From a virus: a stretch of DNA of 64,000 nt. The stretch lies in IMG/VR virus record IMGVR_UViG_3300007734_000758; one strand, given 5' to 3'. Made by a program: the position numbers and the translations under genes. The notes beneath the pieces were generated by a model. The model searched no databases and was not told the origin of the DNA. It worked only from the letters and a program-made list of their open reading frames with translations. Shown here piece by piece: positions 9,538-19,772 of the stretch (positions are counted from its first letter, which is position 1; the number at the start of each line of letters is the position of its first letter).

Positions 9538-10466
9538 TTTATAATATTTAATATGTTAATAAAAAGAGCCATTGCATGTAATTCTTTATCAACCGCGGTA
9601 GGTTCAGTTATCTGCGATTCAGCCAACGCCAAAATCACTGAAGCAACATTACCTGTAGCATACGAATCAACATTATCATACAAGAACCCGTATATATCGG
9701 AAAAGGAATTACTTCCCGTAGAACTCAACAGTCTCCGTATCTCTTGAAAACATGTTTTCTTATCAGAGGATTTGAGTAATTCTAATATTTGCATCTGATA
9801 ATTACTTTCAATCACAGATGTCTTATCCAATTCAAATTTACCTCCAATCGAATACTGCTGCAGTGTATTTAGTATCCTACGGATATCCGGATAGGAAGCA
9901 TTAATTACCATTGCAAGATCTTCCGGAACAAAGGTTACATTCTCTTTCTGCAATATGTTAGCCATCTTTATTGCGATATCCTTTTTGGATGGCGGAACTA
10001 GGTGATACAGTTGACACCTACTTTGCAGTGGTTCAATGATTCGTTCCGGGTAATTCGCAGTCAAGATAAACCTAGTATATAATGAGAACGTTTCCATTAG
10101 ATTACGGAGTGCCGGTTGGGTTGATGTCGGATTTAAAAAATCACTTTCATCAAGGATAACAATCTTTAACGGGTTGAAGCCAGCACTAGAAGCAAAGTTT
10201 TTAATCTTGTCTCGAACCAAATCAATATTACGTTCATCCGAAGCATTGATATATAGATAATCACAATTTATCGAATTGACAATGATCTTTGCCAACGTCG
10301 TCTTACCGCCACCTGCTCTACCGTGAAACAATAGATTAGGTACATCGTTAGTTTCAATAAACGTTTTAACTTTATTGATTACTGTTTCATTACCTATATA
10401 TGTATCTAAGGTAGCGGGACGATACTTTTCTGTCCACAAACTATGTTCTGTTCTTATCATAATCAA
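9534..10466 (-). CDS. clamp loader AAA+ subunit (RFC small subunit / gp44-like)
   Basis: WTEKYRP, Walker A GRAGGGKTT, NASDER, ILDESD, SRC. Confidence 0.95.
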   Translation of the reverse strand: MIMIRTEHSLWTEKYRPATLDTYIGNETVINKVKTFIETNDVPNLLFHGRAGGGKTTLAKIIVNSINCDYLYINASDERNIDLVRDKIKNFASSAGFNPLKIVILDESDFLNPTSTQPALRNLMETFSLYTRFILTANYPERIIEPLQSRCQLYHLVPPSKKDIAIKMANILQKENVTFVPEDLAMVINASYPDIRRILNTLQQYSIGGKFELDKTSVIESNYQMQILELLKSSDKKTCFQEIRRLLSSTGSNSFSDIYGFLYDNVDSYATGNVASVILALAESQITEPTAVDKELHAMALFINILNIIK

Positions 10467-11182
10467 GTATGCTGAACTTCAACCAGGAAATATTCACTCT
10501 TAAAACCATCACCCATACACACAACACGCATCAGGCCTGCATTTGAAACTTCAATAGTACCTGACTTCATATTGGAGTTGGCCTTAAAGATTTCAACCAA
10601 ATAATTCGAATTAAATGACTTATATTGAACATCACCTTCAACATCAGCCTTAATATCAAAACTGATTCGAGTCGTATTGTTTTTAGAGTAACCAATAATG
10701 ATTTCAGGAGTGCCTGATTTAGTATTGAATGTGATGTGGCTAATGTCTGGCAATGCTCCCTTTGCTTTGCTAATCTTCCCAATCAAGTCACTCGTAATAG
10801 GAACAGACAATTGGAATGATGGAAGATTTTTAGGTTTCGCGGCAGCAGGAATCACACTCAAATCAGCCAACATATATTGGGCCTTCGTGTCGGCATCTCC
10901 CAATTCAAAATTGATTGGGCGACCATCGATACTGTTCATCTTAATCGCAAGCGAATCACCGAATACATCCAATACCTTTACAAAGTTAGATGTAATAAAG
11001 ATACCTACTTCCATGTCATCCATATCAACATCTTCATATACTACTTTACCAATCAGTCCTTTGTCTTCGGTAATGACATCAGTGGATATCTCCTTTCCGG
11101 AGATTGACCATTTTACGGCTTCTACATTGCCGCCTAAATTGTACTTCTTAATGAAGTCCGATAATGTACTTTTTAGTTTCAT
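10463..11182 (-). CDS. sliding clamp (gp45-like)
   Basis: Size, beta-rich sequence, position immediately upstream of clamp loader. Confidence 0.7.
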   Translation of the reverse strand: MKLKSTLSDFIKKYNLGGNVEAVKWSISGKEISTDVITEDKGLIGKVVYEDVDMDDMEVGIFITSNFVKVLDVFGDSLAIKMNSIDGRPINFELGDADTKAQYMLADLSVIPAAAKPKNLPSFQLSVPITSDLIGKISKAKGALPDISHITFNTKSGTPEIIIGYSKNNTTRISFDIKADVEGDVQYKSFNSNYLVEIFKANSNMKSGTIEVSNAGLMRVVCMGDGFKSEYFLVEVQHT

Positions 11183-11194
11183 ATTTACTTTTAT

Positions 11195-12439
11195 TTATTC
11201 AAAATCAAAAAATGTATTTGCTACTTCTGTGTTTGCCGATGGATGAGATCCGCGTGCATATCCTAATTCACGCATACCATACTTAGCATTGTATTTAGAA
11301 TACAGTGGTTTATATCTTTGATATACTGTAAACGGATCGGAGGATTCAAACATTTCTTTTATACACATACAGAGTTGATAAATCATCGGATCTACAATGT
11401 CTTTTAGTATTTCATCATGCGACTGCAACGTCGTCTTGATTGTATTCACCGCATCAAGGAATATATTCAAATTATGATGAACAATAATCTGATACGAGGG
11501 AGTTTTAAAATCAACAATGTCCCTATATGTTCTTCCCTTACATGCAACACAATCATCGAACTTACACGGCAACGGGGCATCTAAATTATAATTAACATCT
11601 GTCGGACGACCAAAGTGTGCTGTTAAGAAAGTACCAGTCCTGTAATCAGTATTAAAATAGTAACCACCATATACACTCATCAACCCTGGAGAGGATGAAT
11701 CCGTAGATACTTGTACTTTACCTCCTGTATACTTATTCATTATCTTCTGAAGGTATTCGTAGATAACAAAATCATATACTTTAGATGCACCTAATATGTG
11801 CAAGAATTTGCATGAATCTTTAAGGAATTCTTTCTCCTTAATCATAATTGCAAGTGCATACATCAAGTGATCGATTCGACGACAATTACCGAAACCCCAA
11901 CCTTGAAAATCAAATGCTTTCACCTTTTCATACCAATACCTATAGGTTTCCTCTTCATTTCCCTGCAATACATTTAAGAATGCAGTCTTACCGGTCTGGT
12001 TCTTCTCGAAGTATTTGAAATTTTCTAAACTAATATCCAGGCAGTAATCAAATTTACCTTCCAATTTTACTCGGGGCGGTAAATCTAAATTCATTGCAAT
12101 GTCAGAATTTGCTTCCAACCAATTGAATATCGTTTCTTTGAATGACGGATCCCAAGCAATAGCACCTGTTGCTAATTGAAATCCTCCCGAATCACCTAAT
12201 ACCTGTGCGCCTTCGCAACCGAAGTCCGCATTCGCATCCATGTTCTTATAATGGTGACCTGCAGTAATAAGGAAGTACTTGGTTCGCCACTTTTCAGGAT
12301 ACTCGTCTGTATAGAAGCGAGAAGTCACTCCAGGACGTAATTCGTGGTTTTTCATTAACCAATTCTTACTGGCGCCCGCACTCAGTGAGGGATAATATGA
12401 AAATTCTTTTTCGCCAGGAATCTTATCTGGTTGTATCAT
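11195..12439 (-). CDS. TGT-fold guanine transglycosylase, DpdA-like (probable DNA 7-deazaguanine insertase)
   Basis: DSGGFQ, MNLDLPP, NVLQG, LHILG, STDSSS, C-terminal C..CxxC..HN zinc site; folE and queE in the same window. Confidence 0.8.
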   Translation of the reverse strand: MIQPDKIPGEKEFSYYPSLSAGASKNWLMKNHELRPGVTSRFYTDEYPEKWRTKYFLITAGHHYKNMDANADFGCEGAQVLGDSGGFQLATGAIAWDPSFKETIFNWLEANSDIAMNLDLPPRVKLEGKFDYCLDISLENFKYFEKNQTGKTAFLNVLQGNEEETYRYWYEKVKAFDFQGWGFGNCRRIDHLMYALAIMIKEKEFLKDSCKFLHILGASKVYDFVIYEYLQKIMNKYTGGKVQVSTDSSSPGLMSVYGGYYFNTDYRTGTFLTAHFGRPTDVNYNLDAPLPCKFDDCVACKGRTYRDIVDFKTPSYQIIVHHNLNIFLDAVNTIKTTLQSHDEILKDIVDPMIYQLCMCIKEMFESSDPFTVYQRYKPLYSKYNAKYGMRELGYARGSHPSANTEVANTFFDFE

Positions 12440-13514
12440 CTTCGTAACCTTTTATTATTTTATCTACTAATTTTGTTCCGTCAAAAAACTGACCTGCTTT
12501 TTCTTCTGTCGTCTTTGCAACCGCTACATACGAGTCATATCTTTCAATCCTATCACGAATTAAATTAACTAAATTGTTTCTATTTTCCAAATAATATTCG
12601 TAACTTTCAGTCCAGGTACTCGGATATAAGAATTCTTGGTGATACATTTCTGCATAACTCAAACGCCTAGGCATTAATGGTAATGCCCCAGCTAACATTC
12701 CTTCCCAACAACTAATACCTAACGTTTCCTGCAGGTTTGCAGAGAATACCATTTTAGATCTTTTTAATAAGTTATGATATTCCTCTTTCGTTAGATTCTT
12801 TTCCTGGCATACTACGAATTCGTATTCAGGCAATTGTTCTGCTAAGTCCTTAAATATATCTACCTGTTTTTCCTTAGAAACTCGATGCGGGAATAGAATT
12901 ATGTTCTCCTTTTTCGTATCGTTTTCCGGGAAAAGATCCTTAAGGTAATTGAACGGAAATCCTGCTATAACTGCCTTACTAGGATAGAAGTTCATTCCAC
13001 CCAAAGCATTTGTATAAAATAGTTCAAAATGCCATCTAGTAGCAAAATAATTGAAATCAGATGCTTGATAAATAGAACGTTCGAATGAATAGGACCATGT
13101 TTTATGTTTAATCTTTTGACCTAATAAGTCCCAAGCATCATACGATCCTGCGTGCCAAATCGAATGTATTTCAACCGGAATGTCTAACAGGACACTCATA
13201 TATTTCAACTGTATAATACACGGGTTCCATGCATCAGTGAATACAAACTTATCACCAGGCTTGATACTACCATTATTAAACTCGGATGCAATAAAATTCA
13301 TCTGAGTATTTTTCCAAATATTAGTACCGGCAAAATTTAAAAATGCACCCGGCGTGGTTTCACCACTCACACTCTCACCTACTACATTGAAAACGTTAAA
13401 CGGTCGTTTTAAGTCAGTAGCACGTTTCCTAATTAGGCTAGGAATAAAATCCAACCACTCCCCCGTATATCTACTCGGAAGCGGTTCAAGTGACATTACA
13501 TATATATTATTCAT
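12423..13514 (-). CDS. GT-B glycosyltransferase coupled to DpdA-like gene
   Basis: FPHRVSKEK, QETLGISCWE (E-x7-E), LSYAEM. Confidence 0.8.
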   Translation of the reverse strand: MNNIYVMSLEPLPSRYTGEWLDFIPSLIRKRATDLKRPFNVFNVVGESVSGETTPGAFLNFAGTNIWKNTQMNFIASEFNNGSIKPGDKFVFTDAWNPCIIQLKYMSVLLDIPVEIHSIWHAGSYDAWDLLGQKIKHKTWSYSFERSIYQASDFNYFATRWHFELFYTNALGGMNFYPSKAVIAGFPFNYLKDLFPENDTKKENIILFPHRVSKEKQVDIFKDLAEQLPEYEFVVCQEKNLTKEEYHNLLKRSKMVFSANLQETLGISCWEGMLAGALPLMPRRLSYAEMYHQEFLYPSTWTESYEYYLENRNNLVNLIRDRIERYDSYVAVAKTTEEKAGQFFDGTKLVDKIIKGYEDDTTR

Positions 13515-13517
13515 AAA

Positions 13518-14450
13518 TTACCATTTAATATATCCACGAACATAGTACGAATGACGATTTAACCCATCCTCAAAGCCTTTCTTCACTTCATCCAGATTAT
13601 TTCGATCGTATCCCATAGTCCAAATAAACTGAGTATCAATAATTCCCGTCTTAATAAAATCACAGGTCAATGCCATTTGTTCGTTAAAGTCAGTATTACG
13701 TGGTGACGGCATTATAAGAGTATGGCAATTCCAACAGTTCGTGAAAAAGTTAGTCGTTACAGGATCATACGGAGTCGCTGCATAGCAAATCAATGCTTCC
13801 AAGTCTGCCAGCTTCTCACCGATAATATGGAAGTTAGATCCTTTAGAAGTCAAATCAATAATAACCTTATAACGCTTTCCAGATGCGATGATATCATCTA
13901 ATTTATGCAGCGTTGCAACATTATGCCAATGATCACGGTTACTCGATCCTACTACCGTAAACTTATAATCGAATATCTTAAAGTACTGTCCGATAACAAC
14001 ACTCATAAAACCAGAACCTAACAAAAGGATTTCTTCATCTTCATATCCCATCGCTTCCATCATGCCCAATGTCTTGTTTGCAATATTAATTGCACAGGCA
14101 GCTGGTTGCAGAATATACTTAGGAGAAGCTTCCGGAATAACTACAAATTCATTCTGCTTTGCTAAATAATAATCGGCATATGCAGGATCAGACCAGGTAG
14201 AAACTATATCACCTACCTTTACGCCTGTGATATTCTTTCCTACCTCTACCACCTCTCCCGTGCCTTCGTGGCCCTGCTTTAGGAATGGCATCGGTTCTTC
14301 GAAACCTGCATACGCCCCGATATCGCTTCGGCAGATACCGGTCATTATCGTTTTAATTAAAATAGTGTCATCAGTACAGATAGGCATATCTACCATATGC
14401 TCTGTAAGGTCACGGTTGCCCGTCGTGTGAAAGTATCGTATTTGTCCCAT
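13518..14450 (-). CDS. zinc-dependent medium-chain (alcohol/sugar) dehydrogenase
   Basis: GICRSD, GHEGTGEVVEVG..V..VKVGD, LLGSGFM; lacks the structural-zinc lobe. Confidence 0.85.
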   Translation of the reverse strand: MGQIRYFHTTGNRDLTEHMVDMPICTDDTILIKTIMTGICRSDIGAYAGFEEPMPFLKQGHEGTGEVVEVGKNITGVKVGDIVSTWSDPAYADYYLAKQNEFVVIPEASPKYILQPAACAINIANKTLGMMEAMGYEDEEILLLGSGFMSVVIGQYFKIFDYKFTVVGSSNRDHWHNVATLHKLDDIIASGKRYKVIIDLTSKGSNFHIIGEKLADLEALICYAATPYDPVTTNFFTNCWNCHTLIMPSPRNTDFNEQMALTCDFIKTGIIDTQFIWTMGYDRNNLDEVKKGFEDGLNRHSYYVRGYIKW

Positions 14451-15369
14451 AAAATTTATTTTTTATTGTTTCTAAAACACTGTGAATCCAACAGTCAATA
14501 TAATTTTGTATATCTGCCTTCTGTGAATTCATATCTGAAAAGTAATGAATCATTTCTAAATATGCTGATTCAGGACACAATCCAAAATCATACTTCACAC
14601 TAGGTGTATCATCTTTATATACAATCTCTAATCCAATCTCATTCTCTTTAATCTCCGGAGTCTTCCAAGATGCCTCTATTGTGGTAGGAAATCCTGCAAT
14701 TGCAGATACCGTTAACTTACAATAATCATCGACATCATATACTCCATTCATATCAACTTTACCGTAGTCCGAAGACTTTATATCTTTTAATGTATAACGT
14801 TGTTCAACAGTTACGGGCATTACCGGATAATATTCATTTATTACTCCGAAATAGATACTCAATAAATGCGGAACTAAGTCTGAACTCACACCACTAAATG
14901 CAAATTCTTTATTTGTAAACCAACCTCCTGGATTAGGAATTCGATTTGCATTTAACCATTTGATATTTAATGATTGTATATTTTCTTTGTTCTTAGAAAT
15001 GAGCTTATGAATATCCCGAATGTTCTTGCGAAACATATTGTTCTTAATCATAAAGATGTTGTTACGTTTCGCAAATATCATATCCCATTCAGCCTTTGTC
15101 TTGAATCCTGGCTTCTCTACCAAAACCACCTTAGATACCTCATACAACTTCTTTGCTGCTGATAGGTGTAAATAGTTTGGTAAACATATAATCGACATAT
15201 CAACGGTAGGATGTTTTTCTAACGCAGAGGAAATGTTATGAAACATTGCCTTTTTGTTTGGATCCTTATCGACCGTTATAATATCATACTTATAACGTTT
15301 AGATGATTTACATACCTTTTCGTAGAGTTGGCCAATACCCATTCCTACGATCATAACCTTTAATGACAT
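14410..15369 (-). CDS. Gfo/Idh/MocA family oxidoreductase
   Basis: IVGMGIG, ICLPNYLH, VLVEKP, DLVPH. Confidence 0.85.
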   Translation of the reverse strand: MSLKVMIVGMGIGQLYEKVCKSSKRYKYDIITVDKDPNKKAMFHNISSALEKHPTVDMSIICLPNYLHLSAAKKLYEVSKVVLVEKPGFKTKAEWDMIFAKRNNIFMIKNNMFRKNIRDIHKLISKNKENIQSLNIKWLNANRIPNPGGWFTNKEFAFSGVSSDLVPHLLSIYFGVINEYYPVMPVTVEQRYTLKDIKSSDYGKVDMNGVYDVDDYCKLTVSAIAGFPTTIEASWKTPEIKENEIGLEIVYKDDTPSVKYDFGLCPESAYLEMIHYFSDMNSQKADIQNYIDCWIHSVLETIKNKFYGTNTILSHDGQP

Positions 15370-15373
15370 AAGT

Positions 15374-15405
15374 TAAATATATAAAATTTTTCTTTAAAAA
15401 TCAAA
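15374..15405 (-). promoter_or_regulatory. Bacteroidota-type promoter heading the oxidoreductase-GT-DpdA-clamp operon
   Basis: TTTG-N20-TATATTTA, 4 nt before ATG 15369. Confidence 0.7.
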
Positions 15406-17907
15406 AAAGCTGGAAACTATTTTTTGCGATTCATCAGGTAATTTTCCGAAATTCAACGCATCATAAAATGATTGTAATTTGTTTTCCAAATTGGATCTGA
15501 ATGTTTCAGTATAATCAATATTCTTTCGAATAAAGTCCATAATGGATGGAGGATCTGAATTACCTGTAAATGCAATTACTTCTAATCCATATTGGTTTGG
15601 AATCAAATGTATCCATTTAATCTTACCACCGCTTTTAATTGGTGGATAGATAGAATCCAAGTTATGTAGTTTTAACATATGGTTATATGCCAATGCTGCC
15701 TTAATATGTGCAGGAGTACCTTTTTTGAACTGTAATCCGTTGCATTTAAAACTATCTAAATTCTTGGCTGATGTCGGCTTTGCGATATCTAAGACATCCT
15801 GCTCTGGTATTGACCGTTTAAAATCAAGAAGCTTCCTATCAATGGTATCTTTATCTACAAATTTAAGAATATCACTTAGCATTGAATTCATGTAATTTCT
15901 AAACATTTTCGGGAAATTACTACGAACAACATCCAGTCCTTTCACTACCACTTTATCTGCAGGAATACCTTTCTCTAAGTCAAATATTTTGTGATAGGCA
16001 TATCGCTTCTTAGCAATCCAGAAACCGGAACTGATAATCGATTCCTCTTTAAACACTAACCGATTATTGTTTGTGAATAAATGATTTGTTGCAAACAATT
16101 CTAAGTTACTATTAATGAACTCTGCCAATTTAGCCGACATATCACGTATCTGCGATACCTCGTCACCATTATGTTTGATTATCTTATCCAATTGGAAATA
16201 GCAACTATCAGTATCAGAATACTTACAATAATCTTCATTAGAATCTACCTTATATGTATTCTTGATGTAATAGTTACCCATTATATCTGCAAAGCGAAGT
16301 GCATCCTGTCCAGTGATGGTCACCGCTTCTACATTATCAATATTATAAAACCTGAATGAACTCAAACCTAAAACACCATACATAGAGTTCAACAGGATCT
16401 TGGTAACGTACTGCAATGAATCATAATAGTATTCCATTGAAGCATTACCTTCTTTGGCATACTTAACCATTAAACGTTTATATTCAACCCTTTCTTCAAA
16501 CCATTTCTCTAGGATTGCAGGGATGAATCCTTTATTCTTCGTAATATATACTGCACCATTACCCGCAACACAATACTGATTAGTATGTAACCATTTTTTA
16601 AACTCATCTAGTGTAAACAGTTGAAGCTTACCATTACGGTATTTGAATGTAAGTTTAGATGGATTAGTCTCAATGCCTTTATGTTTAGCCATCATACTAA
16701 CATTGACCCACTCCTCTAACTTTCCTATTAGGGTCTCACCAGAAATATTACATGTCATGATAACTGACGGATACAGAGATGTAGCATCCAATGCAGTCAT
16801 CCATTTATATCTTCCCGGAATAGGCGGCTTTACATATGCACCCTCTGCCGTTTCCTGTTCTTCATCATCTCTACGTTCAACTCTTGCAGGACCGTTCGGA
16901 CCTACAATACCAATACGTTTCATATAAGTAAGCAGTGCACCATCCAAGTACCTAGAAGAGTGCCATATTGCACTGTATGGTACATGTCCCTTGTGACACA
17001 ATTTCATTGTGATGTCAATGTAATCTAACTTATCATCGATACCACTAACCAACCTAACGTCATTCAGGTTATACTCAATAAACTTCTCAATATCGTTACG
17101 ATACAAGTCATCTAAAGTACCGGTATATTCAGTCTTTCCTTTACCAATTATCTTCTTTGCAATAGCATCTAGTGTGTATGAAGGTTCCTCATTGGGAGTA
17201 AATTTCTTATACAATGCCAGATAATCTAAACAATTGACGCCAGCAATCTCGTATATACTAGATTCGTACTTTCTCTCTACAATACCAATTGGACTTAATG
17301 TTTTCATTGCATCTTCACCCAGCAGATACTGTAGTCTACCACACAGATATGGTATATCAAAGAAATCAATATTCCATCCGGTTATAACGGTAGGTTTGTA
17401 TTTCGAATATACTGCCAGGAAAGAAAGTAAAAGATCCTGCTCATCTTTACATGAACGGATCATTACACCATCACCCTCATATGATTGTATCTTACTTTCA
17501 GGATCTAAAATGAAACATATCTCTTTTCTACTAGGTTTGAATTCTAGAGAGATAGCCGTAATTGCATTTACAGGATTATCCAGGTCCGGATAGTTTTTTG
17601 TGGAATCAACCTCAATATCGATATTCAATATCCTGTGGTTGGTTGATATATTATCGGAGTCTGTATAGTGATCGATTAGTATCCTAGTATCTACCGGAAC
17701 ATCTGATTCATATATCAACCCCGCTTCAACATCTTCCTTCGACCATTTACCTACACGCCTAACTCGTTTACCGTCAATTGTAGTAAACTCACCTGAACTA
17801 TCTACTTTATAGGCATACGGTTTATATTGAAATTGTAAATGTCCCTTTTCATCGTCCCACAAGTGTACGACACCAGACTTTCGATTGTAATATATTGATT
17901 GGTACAC
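15394..17907 (-). CDS. polB: DNA polymerase family B (GTG start)
   Basis: Exo DIE, GWNIDFFDIPY, YNLND; pol DATSLYPS, KILLNSMYG, YSDTDS, KKRY, KGLD. Confidence 0.97.
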   Translation of the reverse strand: MYQSIYYNRKSGVVHLWDDEKGHLQFQYKPYAYKVDSSGEFTTIDGKRVRRVGKWSKEDVEAGLIYESDVPVDTRILIDHYTDSDNISTNHRILNIDIEVDSTKNYPDLDNPVNAITAISLEFKPSRKEICFILDPESKIQSYEGDGVMIRSCKDEQDLLLSFLAVYSKYKPTVITGWNIDFFDIPYLCGRLQYLLGEDAMKTLSPIGIVERKYESSIYEIAGVNCLDYLALYKKFTPNEEPSYTLDAIAKKIIGKGKTEYTGTLDDLYRNDIEKFIEYNLNDVRLVSGIDDKLDYIDITMKLCHKGHVPYSAIWHSSRYLDGALLTYMKRIGIVGPNGPARVERRDDEEQETAEGAYVKPPIPGRYKWMTALDATSLYPSVIMTCNISGETLIGKLEEWVNVSMMAKHKGIETNPSKLTFKYRNGKLQLFTLDEFKKWLHTNQYCVAGNGAVYITKNKGFIPAILEKWFEERVEYKRLMVKYAKEGNASMEYYYDSLQYVTKILLNSMYGVLGLSSFRFYNIDNVEAVTITGQDALRFADIMGNYYIKNTYKVDSNEDYCKYSDTDSCYFQLDKIIKHNGDEVSQIRDMSAKLAEFINSNLELFATNHLFTNNNRLVFKEESIISSGFWIAKKRYAYHKIFDLEKGIPADKVVVKGLDVVRSNFPKMFRNYMNSMLSDILKFVDKDTIDRKLLDFKRSIPEQDVLDIAKPTSAKNLDSFKCNGLQFKKGTPAHIKAALAYNHMLKLHNLDSIYPPIKSGGKIKWIHLIPNQYGLEVIAFTGNSDPPSIMDFIRKNIDYTETFRSNLENKLQSFYDALNFGKLPDESQKIVSSFFDF

Positions 17908-17910
17908 TAA

Positions 17911-18546
17911 TTATTTACCCTCAAAACGTTTAACGAAATTATAAAACTCTTCACGTACTGCTGGAGTTTCAATAAAACCGCCAGACAGTTTAGAAGTAAT
18001 CATCATACTATCATGCTTTACTCCTCGTATACATGCACACTGATGCTCAGCCTCAATCATAACAGCAATACCCTTATTCCCCTGTATCGTTTCATCCAGG
18101 AAGGAATGAATCTGCTGAGTCAGATTTTCTTGAACCTGCGGTCTACGTGAAAACCACTCAACAGTTCGATTTAATTTACTCAGACCAATTATCTTTCCTG
18201 TAGAGTCTGGAATATATGCAACATATGCTTTGCCTACGAATGGCAAATGGTGGTGGCTGCATATGGATTTTACGTCAATTTTTCCCTGAAAGACAATCCC
18301 ATCATATCCATTGACATTATCAAATGCAGTAATTTTAGGCTTATCAGTATAACAACCTACAATTAAGTCCTCTACATACGCCTTCGCAACACGATGCGGA
18401 GTATCAGACATATTGGGGTCATTCCTCCAATCAAAACCTAAAGCATCAAGATATTTTGCATATGCCTTTTCGGCACGTTTGATAATACGACGACGTTCCT
18501 TTTCGCTTAACGGAATGTTGTCATTTGAATTCTTTAAAAGTATCAT
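17911..18546 (-). CDS. folE: GTP cyclohydrolase I
   Basis: TPHRVAK, CSHHHLPF, GLSKLNR, RRPQVQE, HQCACIRG. Confidence 0.97.
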   Translation of the reverse strand: MILLKNSNDNIPLSEKERRRIIKRAEKAYAKYLDALGFDWRNDPNMSDTPHRVAKAYVEDLIVGCYTDKPKITAFDNVNGYDGIVFQGKIDVKSICSHHHLPFVGKAYVAYIPDSTGKIIGLSKLNRTVEWFSRRPQVQENLTQQIHSFLDETIQGNKGIAVMIEAEHQCACIRGVKHDSMMITSKLSGGFIETPAVREEFYNFVKRFEGK

Positions 18547-18550
18547 AACA

Positions 18551-18582
18551 TGAATATAGTAAAAATAAAATAAACTTACAAT
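18551..18582 (-). promoter_or_regulatory. Bacteroidota-type promoter for folE-polB
   Basis: ATTG-N20-TATATTCA, 4 nt before ATG 18546. Confidence 0.65.
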
Positions 18583-19085
18583 TATTGTACGTAAATATTC
18601 TCTAAATTACGTAACGATCCATTTAGATCTAAACCGTAACCATAAACCCAGGCATCGTTTTCAATCTCAAAACAGGAGTAATCAACAATTTTAGGAGATG
18701 ATTTCCTGGTTAACATAGTAACTGTAATGATATGCTTCGGATTATGTTTTAAGAGATGTTCTTTAAGGAATACAAGTGTATTGCCAGAATCGCAAATATC
18801 ATCTACAATAACAACCGTTCTATCAGATATGTCCGTTTCAATATCTTTTGTCATTTCAACCGTACCACGTTCTGTTCCTTGATACGATTTCAATCGAATA
18901 AAATCAACTTCATGTGGTATATTGATTTCTTTGGTTAATGAATCAAAAAACATATATGCTCCATTCAATACACATATAAATAACGGTATATCGTTTGGAG
19001 TTTTAGAACGCAGTACGGTGTTTAGCTGGTGTGCTACGGATTGTACTTTCTTATGTATCGTATTTGTATCGTATAACCTGTTCAT
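18582..19085 (-). CDS. hpt: hypoxanthine/guanine phosphoribosyltransferase
   Basis: CVLNGA, SY, VVIVDDICDSGNTL (PRPP motif), VYGYGLD, RNL. Confidence 0.92.
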   Translation of the reverse strand: MNRLYDTNTIHKKVQSVAHQLNTVLRSKTPNDIPLFICVLNGAYMFFDSLTKEINIPHEVDFIRLKSYQGTERGTVEMTKDIETDISDRTVVIVDDICDSGNTLVFLKEHLLKHNPKHIITVTMLTRKSSPKIVDYSCFEIENDAWVYGYGLDLNGSLRNLENIYVQ

Positions 19086-19092
19086 AATAAAA

Positions 19093-19458
19093 TTAACTTA
19101 AAAAGCGAAGCTTATAAAGAGTACTATTCACCAACTCTTCAACAGTATCGATCTGATTCTGAATATATGAATCTTGTATTGCAGACCTGGTGCTACTGAT
19201 AATTGAAAGGAGTGCTTTCAAATATCCGATAACAGTCGCTTTTCCGCTGTATTGAATAACATTATAGCTTTGATATCCTTCTAAAATACCGTACTTACCT
19301 TGGTACGATTCTACCAACCCATCAACTAATCCTACAATACCATCGTAATATGCGCCTAAAGCAACATGCTCGGCATAAGAATTAGTTTGTAAATGAAACA
19401 CATGAGTCTGTGTTCTAGAGTGCATTAAATGCGATATTAGTTTAACGAACTGTTCCAT
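19093..19458 (-). CDS. ferritin/Dps-like four-helix protein (DUF5856-like)
   Basis: HVFHLQT.SYAEHVALGAYYD...DGLVESYQG...YKL. Confidence 0.7.
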   Translation of the reverse strand: MEQFVKLISHLMHSRTQTHVFHLQTNSYAEHVALGAYYDGIVGLVDGLVESYQGKYGILEGYQSYNVIQYSGKATVIGYLKALLSIISSTRSAIQDSYIQNQIDTVEELVNSTLYKLRFLS

Positions 19459-19482
19459 ATATTAATAAATATGTAGTAGGAT

Positions 19483-19524
19483 AAAAAAAAAATAAAATAA
19501 AGGGAGAAACTCTCCCTTTATTTT
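19483..19524 (-). terminator. rho-independent terminator
   Basis: Perfect 14-bp stem 19494-19507/19511-19524 followed on the minus strand by a long T run. Confidence 0.85.
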
Positions 19525-19534
19525 GTATTACGGA

Positions 19535-19753
19535 TTAAGCACTCACCATATCGGAGTTCTTAGTACGACGACGTGCTAAGTTATAAGCATTGCTGATGAT
19601 TGCTTTGTTATAACTTTCAGCACGCAGAACCTTTGAGATGAATGATACTGAGTAAGCATCACCCATACGTTCTTGAATTTTACGAGCATCGCCCGTACGT
19701 TTCCGCGAATTGTAGACAGCCAATTGGGCCATCGGATTGTTTCTGAGACTCAT
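19535..19753 (-). CDS. small basic protein, possibly DNA-binding
   Basis: ATG 19753 (MSLRNN) after an A/C-rich leader; K/R-rich; followed by a strong terminator. Confidence 0.55.
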   Translation of the reverse strand: MSLRNNPMAQLAVYNSRKRTGDARKIQERMGDAYSVSFISKVLRAESYNKAIISNAYNLARRRTKNSDMVSA

Positions 19754-19772
19754 TTTTGTTTTTGTTTTGTGA

